Shown here one piece after another: positions 51,595 to 64,000 of a stretch of 64,000 nt of DNA. A program made the translations under genes and the position numbers. This stretch comes from Mobula hypostoma (Eukaryota), in the NCBI RefSeq assembly GCF_963921235.1, contig NC_086101.1, positions 10,356,001-10,420,000 on the forward strand. The letters run 5' to 3'. How positions within the stretch are numbered: the first letter of the stretch is position 1; each line of letters begins with the position of its first letter. The notes below the pieces were generated by a model, which saw only the letters and a program-made list of their open reading frames with translations, was not told where the DNA came from and searched no databases.

Positions 51595-51942
51595 GTGATT
51601 TTATCCTACTTGTACCCGATGAGCCTTTTGTAGCAATTGCAGGTGAAGATGTCGTACTGGATTGTGTGATGCTCCCACCAACCTCTGCCAGCAATACGAC
51701 AGTGCAGTGGCTGAAATCAGGTCTCAGCTCACCCATCCACGTGTACAGACATGGACAAGATGACCCCCTCGCCCAACACCAGGATTACAGAGGAAGGACA
51801 GAACTGTTTAAAGATGAAATTACCAAAGGAAATATTTCCCTCAGAATAAAGAACGTAAGGCCAGACAATGAAGGGCAATATACATGTTCAGTTGAAGACA
51901 GAACTGACTTCAAACAATCTACAGTTGAACTGCATGTTCACA
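51595..51942 (+). CDS. IgV exon of a butyrophilin/MOG-like (B7-related) protein
   Basis: Acceptor ttatttctctccag, 348 nt open, donor A/GTGAGT, phase 1-1. Protein GDFILLVPDEPFVAIAGEDVVLDC...VQW...IHVYRHGQD...QHQDYRGRTELFKDEITKGNISLRIKNVRPDNEGQYTC carries the BTN/MOG signature YRGRTEL..GN.SLRI..V. Confidence 0.92.
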
Positions 51943-52439
51943 GTGAGTATTATTGCCATTTGTACCAAGGTATAGTGGGAAGCTTTTGTTTTGCATGCCA
52001 CCCAGATAGATCATTTCATTCACAAGTATATTGAGGTAGTAAAAAGAAAATAATGTGGAATATAGTGTTATTGTTGCAGAGAAATTACAGTGCAAGCAAT
52101 TACACAATTAAGCAATAAGATGTGAGGGCTGCATTGAGTTAGACTGGGGCTACAAGTGTTCATATCTCAGTGTGTGAGATGTCCATTCAGGAGTTTGATA
52201 ACCATGGCATAGAAACTGTCCTCGAGTCTGGTGGTTCATGTTCTTGGGGCTTTGTATCTTCTGCTCAATGGGAGAGGGGAAAAGAGAGAATGACAAGGGT
52301 GGGTGGGGTCTGTGATTCTATCGGCTGCTTTCCCAACCCAGTGGGAAGTGTGGACAGAATCAGTGGAAGAGTCTGGTTTGCATGAAGGACCAGGCTTTGT
52401 TCACAACTCTTCAGTTTCTTCTCAAACCTTAGTCACACA

Positions 52440-53325
52440 GACATAGAGAAGTCCAACACAAGCCCTCTGACCCATGTAGTCCATGCTGGACCATTTAAAT
52501 TGCCTACCCCCATCGACTTGCACTGGGACAATGGCCCTCCACCCCCCTGCCAACCATGTACAGTACCGAACCAAACTTCTCTTCAACATTGAAATCGACC
52601 TTGCATGCTCTGCTTGTGTTGGCAGCTTGTTCCACACTCTCACGAACCTCTGAGTGAAGAAGTTTGCCCCCATGAGCCCATTAAACATTTCACCTTTCAC
52701 CCTTTACTCATGAACTCTGGTTGTGGTCTCACCCAACCTCAATGGAAAAAGACTGCTGGAATTTACCCCCTCATAATATTGTATCCCACTGTCAAATCTC
52801 CTCTGAATCTTTTGCGTTCTAAGGATTAAAGTCCTAACCTATTCAATTTTTCCTTGTAACTCAGATCCCTCAGACCCGGCAACATTCTCGAAAATTTTCT
52901 CTGTACTCTTTCAAACTTATTTACATCTTTCCTGTAAGTGGGTGTCTGTACCAACAAATTATTGACCTGTATTCCCAGATTCCATTGTTCTACCGCACTC
53001 TTCAATGTCCTATCATTCACTGTGTAAGACCTATCCTGGTTGGTCCTATGAAGAGCAACACTTTGCACATGCATGTATTAAGTACCACAGACCATATTTC
53101 ATTTCATTTTTCAGCTGGTCCAGATCCAGCTACAAATCATGATAGTTTTCCTCATTGTCCACGACACCCCCAGTTTTTGTGTCATCTGCAAATTTGCTGA
53201 TCCGGATAACCACATTATCATCTAGATCATTGACAGAGATGACAAACAACAACGTACCCAGCACTGATCCCTCTGGCACTCCGCTAGTCACAGGACTCCA
53301 GTCAAAGAGGCAACACTCTACTACC
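52440..53325 (-). mobile_element. Old CR1 fragment
   Basis: [20 protein letters not shown] and NFFTQR motifs. Confidence 0.8.
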
Positions 53326-53630
53326 ATATATAAAGAGTAATAGAGAAGTGAGAGTAGATATCGACCTGCTGTATAATGACTCTGGAGAGGGATTATTGAG
53401 GGAAAGAGAAATGATGGATGAACTGAACAAGGATCTTGCATCAGTTTTCTCTGTGGAAGACCCCAGCAATATGCTGGATGTTTGAGACTGTTGGGGACAG
53501 AAGTGAACGAAATTGTCATTACAAGGGAGAAGGTGCTTTGGGAACATGAAAGGTCTGAAGGTAGATCAGTCCCTTGGACCTGCTGGACTACACTTGGATT
53601 CTAAAGGGTTGGGGGTTCTAAAATAGGTAC

Positions 53631-56600
53631 AAACATAGAAACATAGAAAACCTACAGCACAATACAGACCCTTAGGCCCATAGTGCAGTACCCAACATGT
53701 GCTTACTTTAGAAATTACCTAGGGTTCCCCATAGCCCTCTAATTTTCAAAGTTCCATGTACCTATCCAAGAGTCTCTTAAAAGAACCTATCGTATCCACC
53801 TCCACAACCGTTGCCGGCAGCCCATTCCTCGCACTCACCACTCTCTGCATAAAATAACTTACCCCTAACATCTCCTCCATACCTACTTCCAAGCTAAATT
53901 GTGCCCTCTCGTGTTCGCCAATTTAGTCCTGGGAGAAAGGCTCTGACTATCCACATGATCGATGCCTCTCATCATCTTATACACCTCTATCAGGTCACCT
54001 CTCATCCTCCGTTGCTCCAAGGACAAAAGACTGAGTTCACTCAACCTAAGGCCTGCTCCCCAATACAGGCAACGTATTGATAAATCTCCTCTGCACCTTT
54101 TCTATAGTTTCCACATCCTTCCTGTAGTGAGGTCACTAGAACTGAGCAGTACTCCAAGTGGGGTCTGACCAGGGTCCTATAAAGCTGTAACATTACCTCT
54201 CGGCTCTTAAACTCAATCCCACAGTTGATGAAGGCCAATACACCATATGCCGCCTTAACCACAGAGTCAACCTGCGCAGCAGCTTTGAGTGTCCAGTGGA
54301 CTCGGACCCCAAAATCCCTCTGATCCTCCACACGGCCAAGAGTCTTACCATTAATATGATATTCTGCCATCATATTTGACCTACCAAAATGAACCACCTC
54401 ACACTTATCTTGGTTGAACTCCATCTGCCACTTCTCAGCCCAGGTTTGTATCCAATTGATGTCCCGGTGTAACCTTTGACAGCCTTCCACACTATCCACA
54501 ACATGCCCAATCTTTGTGTCATCAGCAAATATACTAACCCATCCCTCCACTTCCACATCCAGGTCATTTATAAAAATCACGAAGAGTAGTGGTCCCAAAA
54601 TAGATCCCTGAGGCACACCACTGGTCATCGACCTCCATGCAGAATATGACCCATCTACAACCACTCTTCGCCTTCTGTGGGCAAGCCAATTCTGGATTCA
54701 CAAAGCAATGTCCACTTGGATCCCATTCCTCCTTACTTTCTCAATAAGCCTTGCATGGGGTACCTTATCAAATGCCTTGCTAAAATCCTTATACACTACA
54801 CCTGCAGTTCCACCTTCATCAATGTGCTTAGTCACATCCTCAAAAAATTCAGTCAGGCTCGTAAGACATGACCTGCCTTTGACAAAGCCATGCTGACAAT
54901 TCCTAATCATATTATGCCTCTCCAAATGTTCATAAATCCTGCCTCTCAAGATCTTCTCCATCAGTTTAACAACCACTGAAGTAAGACTCACTGGTCTATA
55001 ATTTCCTGGGCTATCTCTACTTCCTTTCTTGAATAAGGGAACATCATCTGCAACCTTCCAATCCTCTGGAACCTCTCCTGTCCTCATTGATGATGCAAAG
55101 ATCTTCGCCAAAGGCTCAGCAGTCTCCTCCCTCGCTTCCCACAGTAGCCTGGGGTATATCCCGTCCGGTCTCTGTGACTTATCTAATTTGATGCTTTCCA
55201 AATACTCCAGCACATCCCCTTGCAAGTGCCAAGATCGTTTTCCATAGTGAATACTGAAGTAACGTATTCATTAAGTACCTCTGCTATCTCCTGTGGTTCC
55301 ATATACACTTTTCCACTGTCACACTTGATTGGTCCTATTCTCTCACATCTTATCCTCTTGCTCTTGACATATTGTAGAATGACTGGGGTATTTCTTAATC
55401 CTGTCCGCCAAGGCCTTCTCATGGCCCCTTCTGGCTTAATTTCATTCTTAAGCTCCTTCCTGCTCACCTTATAATCTTATAGATCTCTATCATTACCTTG
55501 TTTTTAAAACCTTTTGTAAGCTCTTCTTTTCTTCTTGACTAGATTTACAACAGCCTACCATCCTTTCCCTGTCTCATTGAAATGTAACTATGCTGAACTC
55601 CATGTAAATATCCCCGAATATTTGCCCCATTTCTTCCGTATGTTTCCCTGAGAACATCTGTTTCCAATTTATACTTCCAAGTTCCTGCCTGATAGCCTTA
55701 TATTTCACCTTACTCCAATTAACTGTTTCCCCAACTTGTCTATTCCTATCCCTCTCCAATGCTGTGGTAAAGGAGATAGAATTGTGAACACTATCTCCAA
55801 AATGCTCTCCCACTGAGAGACATGGCACCTGACCAGGTTCATTTCCCAATACCAGGTCAAGTATAGCTTCTCCTCTTGTCGACTTATCTACATAATGTGT
55901 CAAAAACTTGCCAGAACACACCTAACAAACTCCACCCCATCTAAACCCCTCACTCGAGGGGGCCACTCAATATCTGGGAAATAAAAATCTTCCACCACAA
56001 CAATCCTGTTATTGTTACACCTTTCCAGAATCTGTCTCCCTATCTGCTCCTCGATGGCCCTGTTACAATTGGGTGGTCTATAAAAACACGCAGTAGAGTT
56101 TTTAAACCCATCCTGTTCCTAACGTCCACCCACAGAGACCCCATAGACAACTCCTCCATGTCTTCCTCCTTTTCTGCAGCCGTGACACTATCTCTGATCA
56201 ACAGTGCCATGCCCCCACCTCTTTTGCCTTCCTCCCTGTCCTTTCTGAAACATCTAAAGCCTGGCACTTGAAGTAGCCATTCCTGCCCCTGCACCATCCA
56301 AGTCTCTATAATGGCCACAACACCATAGCTCCAAGTGCTGATCCACGCTCTAAGCTCATCCGCTTTGTTCATATTACTCCTGGCATTAAAATAGACACAA
56401 CTCAAACCATCGGTCTGAGCGCATCCCTTCTCTATCACCTGCCTATCCTCCCTCTCGCACTGTCTCCAAGCTTTCTCTATTTGTGAGCCAACCTCTCTTT
56501 CCTCCGTTACTTCAGTTACTCCGTTACCCAGCAATTCTAGTTTAAACTCTCCCCAATAGCCTTAGCAAACCTCTCTGCCAGGATATTGGTCCCCCTCGGT

Positions 56601-57566
56601 TTCAAGTGCAACCCGTCCTTTTTGTGCAGATCACACCTGCCCCAAAAGAGGTCCCAATGATCCAGAAGTCTGAATCCCTGCCCCCTGCTCCAATCCCTCA
56701 GCCATGCATTTATCCTCCACTTCATTCCATTCCTGTACTCACTGTCACGTGGCACAGACAGTAATCCCGAGATTACTACCTTTGAGGTCCTGCTTCTCAA
56801 CTTCCTTCCTAACTCCCTGTGGTCTGTTTCCAGGACCTCCTCCCTTTTCCTACCTATGTTGTTGACATCAATATGTACCATGACCTCTGGCTGTTCTCCT
56901 TCCTACTTCAGGATATTGTGAACACGATGAGAAACTTCCGGTATCTTGGCACCTGGGAGGCAAACTACAATCGCTTACTCATTCTTCCTTCAGTTAGTCC
57001 TCACGAAGGGTCTCGGCCTGAAACGTTGACTGTACCTCTTCCTAGAGATGCTGCCTGGCCTGCTGCATTCACCAGCAACTTTGATGTGTGTTGCTGGCAA
57101 ACTACAATCATGTTTCTTTCCTGCATCAACAGAATCACCTGTTTGACCCCCTAATTATAGAGTCCCCTATCACTGCTGCCATCCTCTTCCTTTCCCTATC
57201 CTTCTGAGCCACAGGGCCAGACTCTGTTGCTTCCCCCAGGTAGGCCATTCACCCCAACAGTACTCAAGCAGGAGTACTTATTGTGAAGGCAGACAGCCAC
57301 TGGGGTACTCTCTAGCATCTGCTTCTTGCCCTTCCCTCTCCTGACTGTTACCCACTTATCTGTCTCCCCAAGCCCTGGGGTGACTACTTGCCTATAGCTC
57401 CTCTCTATCACTTCCTCACTCTCCCTGATCAGACGAAGGTCATCGAGCTGCATCCTCAGTTCCCTAATGTGGTCCCTAAGGAGCTGCAGCTCGACGCACC
57501 TGGTGCAGATGTGGCCGTCCGGGAGGCTGGGAGTCTCCAGGACCTGCCACATCTGACACTGAGCAC
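53631..57566 (-). mobile_element. Near full-length degenerate CR1 LINE (ORF1 esterase + ORF2)
   Basis: ORF1 HICTRCVELQLLRDHIREL and KVVISGLL...DGLHL; ORF2 APE 56040..56534; RT 54041..55225. Confidence 0.93.
56973..57095 (+). mobile_element. 123-bp Penelope terminal-repeat unit with hammerhead motif, flanked by a 14-bp TSD
   Basis: GGCAAACTACAATC at 56959-56972 and 57096-57109; the insert contains AGTC-CTCACGA-AGGGTCTCGGCCT-GAAACGTT-GACT. Confidence 0.8.
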
Positions 57567-57949
57567 AGAAAACAAGGGGGAGGTTTGGAACAGGAAGGGA
57601 GCAATCCCTCTATTCGGAGCATTCTATAGACCCTCCAAAAAGCAACAAAGACACTGGGGAACAGATCAGGAGGCAGACTTTTAAAAGGTGCAAACATAGC
57701 AGGGTTGTTGTCATGTGAACTTTAATTTGCTTAACATTGATTGGCACCTGCTTCATGCAAGAGGATTAGATGAGATGGAATTTGTTCGGTGTGTCCAGGA
57801 TGGATTGGTGCACAGTCTGTAAACAGGCTGACTAGAGATTCACACTGCGGAGGGAGCTCAGTGAATTTGGTTGAATGTTGAGATGAAGGGCACAGAACAG
57901 GCTCCTTGGCCAACAACATCAGTGCCAACCAAAATGCCTTTCTTTCCTT

Positions 57950-60505
57950 TTGCATCTTTTTATTAATTTTCCAAAGTTATAAACAGAATAACGATGTTGA
58001 TACAGAGAGATTGGAATAATCTTATTGTTAATAAGCATATTCATAAAAAGATTTCCGATAACACAGGTATAATAGACTTCAAAACTCATGATGTAATTAA
58101 TCATAGAGAAAAAAGAAATAAAAAGAAAAGAATACAAAGAAACCCGCCCCCCCCAATAAAACAAAAAAAACTAAATACTAAACACAAAAAAGCAAACGGA
58201 GCAAAACAAGGCTACACCATTATCTTAAATCAAACACATTCAATAATGTCGTCAACTCCACTCCTCTATTCATATATTTTAAGTTAACAAGAAGGATTCA
58301 GAAAGGTCAAATTACATCATATGAAAATGTTGAATAAAGGCTTTACAAGTCTCTTCAAGGTTAACTGAAGGATCAAAAATGTCACTTCTAATTTTTTCTA
58401 AATTTAAACATAATATAGTTTGGGAAAACCATTGAAATGTAGTAGGAGGATTGGTCTCCTTTCAGTTCAAGAAACTGGATCTTCTGGCCATTAAAGTAAC
58501 AAACGCAATCATCCAACAGGCTGAAGAGGATAAAAATCTATGTTCTACCATTGGCAATCCAAAAATTGCCGTAATAGGATGGGGTTGTAAATCAAAACAC
58601 AGAACTGTTGAGATAATATCAAAAATATCTTTCCAAAATTTTTCCAAAAGAGGACAGGTCCAAAACATATGAGTTAAAGAAGCCACCTCAGAGTGACATC
58701 TGTCACAAATAGGGTTTATAGAGGAACAAAAATGGGCTAATTTATCTTTAGACATATGGGCCCTATTCACTACTTTAAATTGTATTAGTGTATGTTTAGC
58801 ACGTATAGAGGAAGTACTGACTAATTGAAAAATATTATCCCATTTCTCTATAGGTAGGCAAAGTTGAAGGTCCCTTTCCCATTCATTTTTAATTTTATCA
58901 GATATACCTGGCTGTAATTTCATAATTATATCATAGATAGATGCTATTAATCCCTTCTGAAGAGGAATTAAACCTAAAATTTTATCGATGATATCAGTAG
59001 GGTATGAGGTTGGGAAGATAGGCAGCATGGTATTTAAAAAATTTCTTATTTGTAAATATCTAAAAAAATGGGATCTCGGCAAATCAAGTTTCTGAGATAA
59101 CGGTTCAAAAGACATGAAACAGTTATCCTGAAATAAGTCACAAAAACATGTTATACCTTTCGTTTTCCATATCAAAAAGGCTTGGTCCATAACCGAGGGT
59201 TGAAAAAAAATTAGATATAATAGGGCTTGATAATATAAATTTGTTCAAACCAAAAAAATTACGAAATTGAAACCATATTCGTAATGTATGTTGACTTATT
59301 GGATTAACCATTTGTTTATTCAATTTAGATAATACAAAAGGAAGTGAAGTTCCTAAAATGGAAGCCAAAGAGAACCCTTGTACAGAGTAGCCTTCAAGGT
59401 TTACCCAATGTGGACTTGGAATTATATTCCAATCTTGTGTCCAAAATATTAAATATCAAATATTAATTGCCCAATAATAGAATCTTCGATTAGGCAGTGC
59501 TAAACCACCATCTTTCTTGGACTTCTGTAAATATTTTTTTACTTAATCTGGGATTTTTCTTCTGCCATATATTATTAGATTAGATTAGATTAGATTATGA
59601 GGACACGCAGTCCCCTTTTATTGTCAGTTAGTAATGCATGCATTAAGAAATGATACAATGTTTTTCCAGAATGATATCACGAAAACACATGACAAACCGA
59701 CTTAAGATCTAACAAAAACCACATAATTATAACACATAGTTACAACAGTGTAAAGCAATACAGTAATTTGATAAGAACAGACCATGGCACAGTAAAAGTC
59801 TGAAAGTCTCTCGAAAGTCCCATCATCTCACACAGACGGTGAACCTCCAGCGCTGCCAACTTGCCGATGCAGCATCCTGGAAGCATCCGACCACAGTCTG
59901 ACTCCGAGTCCGTCCGAAAACTCCAAGCCTCCGACCACCTCTTCAACACTGAGCACCGAGCATCATCTCTGCCGAGCGCTTCGACCCGGCCCCAGCAACA
60001 GGCGATACGCAAAGCTGAGGATTTGGGGCCTTCATCTTTGGAGATTCTCGATCGCACAGTAGTAGCGGCAGCGAAGCAGGCATTTCAGAAGTTTCTCCAG
60101 ATGTTCCTCTGTGCTTCTCACGGCTGTCCCCATCAAATCCGGATTGTGCACGGCATCCTACTTCAGAAATACGATATTCATTCGAAACGGCTGCGCCATC
60201 TTCTGCTCCTTCCATAAGAGGAAATTTTAGAATGGATAGTATCAAAAAAGGATTTAGGAATAAAAATTGGTATCACTTGGAATAAATGTAAGAATTTAGG
60301 TAAAATAGTCATTTTAATTGCGTTAATTTGACCAATCAGTGATAGAGACAATGGGGACCACTTCGTAATCAGTTGTTTAAACTGACTAATTAACGGTAAA
60401 AGGTTGAACTTGAATAAATCCTGATGTCTCTTAGTCATTTTAACTCCCAAATAAGTAAAATAGTCATTTAAATATGCAGGTTCCCATTTATAGATTTTCT
60501 CCATT
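57950..60505 (-). mobile_element. L1/Tx1-clade LINE, 5'-truncated, interrupted at ~59573-60213
   Basis: YLGVKM, INAIKMTILPKFL, FFRYLQIRNF and CDRC...LTHMFWTC motifs. Confidence 0.9.
59573..60213 (-). mobile_element. Non-autonomous retroposon (~640 bp) with (TCTAA)n tail
   Basis: Splits the L1 frame at KISSY|IWQ. Minus strand starts GGAGCAGAAGATGGCG and ends in (TCTAA)4. Confidence 0.65.
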
Positions 60506-60559
60506 CAGAGTGATTACTGACTATTTTACTTATTTAGGAGTTAAAATACCTAATACAAC

Positions 60560-62335
60560 TAATTCCATGTAACTGCATGTGACTCATATCCCCCCATTCC
60601 CTGCTTGTTCTTTTTCCTGTCTGAATATATTTTAGACATTTCATTTGTACCCACTCCTCTCAGTTACCTTGTGACACATTCCAGACAATTTCCTCCTTCG
60701 CCCTAATACTATGTCCTCTCATACTAGAGATTTCCACTGGAGGAGAAAGCTCTGACTAGCTAGCCTATGTATGCCTATCATATTTAAAACACTGTACTTC
60801 AATCAGGATGCCCGTCGGCCTCCAACACTCCAGAGGAAACAATTTATTTGTCTTTGTGCTGCAGTTAAAACTCTAAGACAACATTCTGTTAAACCAGTTC
60901 TGCACTCTCTCCTCCACTGCCCCCACATACCTTCTGTAATGTGGAACACAGAATATTCCAGTTGTGACCTGACTAAAGTTTTGTGCTGCTGCAACATGAC
61001 TTCCAGGCTTTTCTGATCGACGTCCCAACGGGTGAAGGCAACGGTGCTGTAAGCACCTTTATCACCCTATTTACCTGTGTTGCCACTTTCAGGGTGCTAT
61101 GAACTTGCACCATAAGATTGCTCTGTATATCAATGCTTTTGAAAACATGGAATAGTACAGACTAGGAATGAGTTTTTTTTTTACTCTCAATGTCTATGCC
61201 GAATTAAGCTAATCCCTTCCACCTGTACATGATCCACATCCTTTCATTCCCTGCACATTCATATGTCTATCTGAAAGTCTCTTGGATGCCACTGTCATAA
61301 CTGCTTCCAACACTCTACCTAGCAGCCTGTTTCAGTCACATGCTGCTCTCTGTGTTAAAAAAAAATAATGCCCTGCATATCCCTTTAAACTTTTTGCTCT
61401 CACTATTTGACGTTTCTACTGAGAGGACAAGATTCTGACTGCCTTCCTTATCTATGCCTCTCATAACTTTTTAAACCTCTGTCAGGCGACCCTCCAGCCT
61501 ATGATCCTCCAGAGAAAGCAATCCAAGTTTGTCTAACCTCTCGTTATAGCTCATACCTTCCAATCCAGGCAATAGGTACATTTTATGTCAAAGAAATGTA
61601 TACAATATACATCATGAAATTCTTTTTCTTCACAAACATCCACAAATACAGAGGAGTGCCCCAAAGAATGAATGACAGTTAAATGTTAGAATCCCAAAGA
61701 CCCCCCAGCTCCCCTCCCACGCATAAGCAGCAGCAAAGAAGTTATCATCCCCCTCTCCCATCAGCAAAGAAGCATCAGCAACCCCACCGGGCACTCAAGC
61801 GTGCAGCGAAGTATCAATAAAGACACAAACATGCAGTACCCCACAGACTACTTGTTCACCCGGTATTCAACACACCACAGGTTCTCCCTCTCCTGAATAA
61901 GGAAAAAAAGAGATGTCCCCATTTCACAGCGAGGGGGGGAGATATAACAAAACAACTCGCCGATTTATAGTATTAAAAGTCTGTTGCATCGCTTTTTCTG
62001 AGCTCTGTGCCCAAAGAACTTGGGTCTCTGGGCAGACGCAGCCAGCTCACTGCTTTCGATCTTCCATCTCCCACAACGTACCAGGTGGCAGCACCAACTT
62101 CAAGTCCGCCCGCTTCCAGAGCCATGAAAATCCGGCACCTTGAAGGCATACTAGTCTTCTCGGCTGCGTCCTTGGCATATCTCTCTCCTCTCCTTGTAGC
62201 TCATACCTTCTACTCCAGGCAGCGGCCTGGTACACCTCTTCCAAATCCTCTCCAAAGACACTATATCCTTCCTGGAATGGGGCAGGCAGAATTGCACATC
62301 AAATTCCAAGTACTGCCGAGACAAAGTTTTATAGA
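60560..62335 (-). mobile_element. Old CR1 3' fragments with an intervening unclassified repeat (~61575-62170)
   Basis: HKTLVRSQLEY motif and CR1 3'-end-like sequence. Confidence 0.55.
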
Positions 62336-62336
62336 C

Positions 62337-63586
62337 CTTCTTCTTCTTCTTCTGACTTTAATGGCAGTTGGCAATCCAACTTAAAGGTGCATTCCGGCCG
62401 CCAACTGGACTTGTGTGTGGTGTAGACAGTTGGGAAATAAAACCCCTTAGTTCTTTATCAAATGAGAACTAAATTACCCCAAAGAGCCCTATTGTTTGTA
62501 AATAATGAAAGAAAATATTGTGAATTAAATTCAATTCAATTCCATAACTTAGTAAGGTTTTTAAATGAAAATTATCAACCCCTGAAGCTGGTAGTGCAGC
62601 CTGAATTTGCTTTCTTTCAACCTTATATGCTTCACATTGTGAAAGAATATGTTAACTGTTTCATAATGATAAAACCTACACATCCCAGAGTGATGTTTTC
62701 TAACAAGATACACGGAAGAATTAAGCATAGTATGCCCAATTCTAAGTCAAGTCAATATAATTCCTTCCCTTCTTGTTTTACCCCTTTCTCCCATCAATCC
62801 AACAGTGTTGTGTGTTCTGTATTTATAACTTATGCCCATTATCCCATGTCTTGCCATAATCCCCTAATTCTTAACCCCATCAACCCCTTAGCTTCTGATT
62901 TGCTAAGTGGAAGGTCGATATCCACAGATGAAATTTTAACAGCTTTTTTGGCCAAACAATCAATCCCCTCATTCCCCTCAACACCTCTGTGTGCAGGGAC
63001 CCATAAGCAGAAGACATGTAGACCAATGCCTTGAATATGAAATAACGTTTGAAGAGCTTCCAGCAGTAACTGTGACCTACTGCTGGAATAAGCTGTTTTA
63101 AGAAAAAGAATCTGTACAAATTATAACTTGGCGAGGATAAATTTCCTCCACCCACTCTCAGCCCAAAATGATGGCTACTGATTGTACTGTATATACAGAT
63201 AAATGGTTAGAGAGATGTTTCTTTATTGTTCCCTGTAATTCAGGCACAAAAACAGCCACACCAGAATTCCCTGTTAGATTATCTTTTGATCCATCAGTAA
63301 AAATGGTGAACATATCACAATAATTTTCCTTAACATATTGATGAACCAACAGACTCTCAGGCATATCAGGATCCTTGGGTTTCATTAAATCATGTTACCT
63401 AATAAAGCCATTGGAAAAAATCAAGGCGGGGTTACCAAGAAAGGTACAGTGGGACATATTGCGTAATACAACAAACCTATTCCTAGCGTGACAAGAACCC
63501 AGCCACCCAGAACTAAAAACACTCTTCTTGTGATGTTCTCAACAGTCTTCCAGCACAATTTTAATAGGGTGATCATTCCTCTGCTC
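62337..63586 (-). mobile_element. RNase H-containing LINE (I/Nimb group) 3' fragment
   Basis: IFTDGSKD...SGVAVFVP...SVYT RNase H motif; a frameshifted WVPAHRGVEGNE-like segment near 62960-63005; (AAG)n tail at 62337-62352. Confidence 0.75.
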
Positions 63587-63589
63587 TCA

Positions 63590-64000
63590 AATAGAAAAAG
63601 ACAGGAGAAAGAGTGTGAGGGAGGATAGGCAGATGCTAGAGAAGGGACACGCTCAGACCGAAGGTTTGAGATGTATCTATTTTAACGCAAGGAGTGTTGT
63701 GAACAAAGTGGATGAGCTTAGAGCGTGGATCAGTACTTGGAGATATGATGTGGTGGCCATTACAGAGACTTGGATGGCTAAGGGACAGGAATGGTTACTT
63801 CAGGTACCAGGTTTTAGATGCTTTGGAAAGGACAGGGAGGGAGGCAAAAGAGATGGGGACGTGGCACTGTTGATCAGAGATAGTGTCACGGCTGCAGAAA
63901 AGCAGAATGCCATGAAGGGATTGTCTACGGAGTCTCTGTGGGTGGAGATTAGGAACAGGAAGGGGTCAATAACTTTACTGGGTGTTTTTATAGGCCACCC
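63590..64000 (+). mobile_element. CR1 LINE, ORF1/ORF2 junction and APE start; runs off the window
   Basis: CIYFNARSVVNKVDELRAWISTWRYDVVAITETW; same family as 1404-4300. Confidence 0.9.

Noticed and set aside
51666..52034. ORF-track 122-aa protein as a single-exon gene
   Set aside because: It starts mid-IgV and reads through the GTGAGT donor at 51943 into intron.

Overview
Eukaryotic genomic DNA, almost certainly from a cartilaginous fish (shark or ray). This is inferred from the HER1/CR1-type LINEs, HE1/V-SINE-like cores, Rex1/Babar, L1/Tx1 and Penelope elements. Most of the window is nested, decayed transposable elements, and most of the ORF track is LINE fragments or their antisense shadows. 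The only host gene I can support is a butyrophilin/MOG-like immunoglobulin-superfamily gene on the + strand. It has a 58-nt signal-peptide coding segment (40895-40952, absent from the ORF track) spliced in phase 1 across a ~10.6-kb TE-filled intron to a 348-nt IgV exon (51595-51942); I found no downstream exons inside the window. Other notable signals: (i) six hammerhead-ribozyme motifs in Penelope terminal repeats, one intact (28777-28812) and one travelling as a 123-bp unit with a 14-bp target-site duplication; (ii) an inverted duplicate of a long-dead Gypsy pol sequence (4.6-8.4 kb vs 34.0-34.9 kb); (iii) a Charlie-type hAT element with an apparently overwritten left TIR and a nested MITE; (iv) two non-repetitive candidate regulatory regions (24.6-25.0 kb and 30.85-30.98 kb). 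I cannot demonstrate a wholly new biological system from sequence alone. TE boundaries are approximate and family names rest on motif recognition, not database searches.
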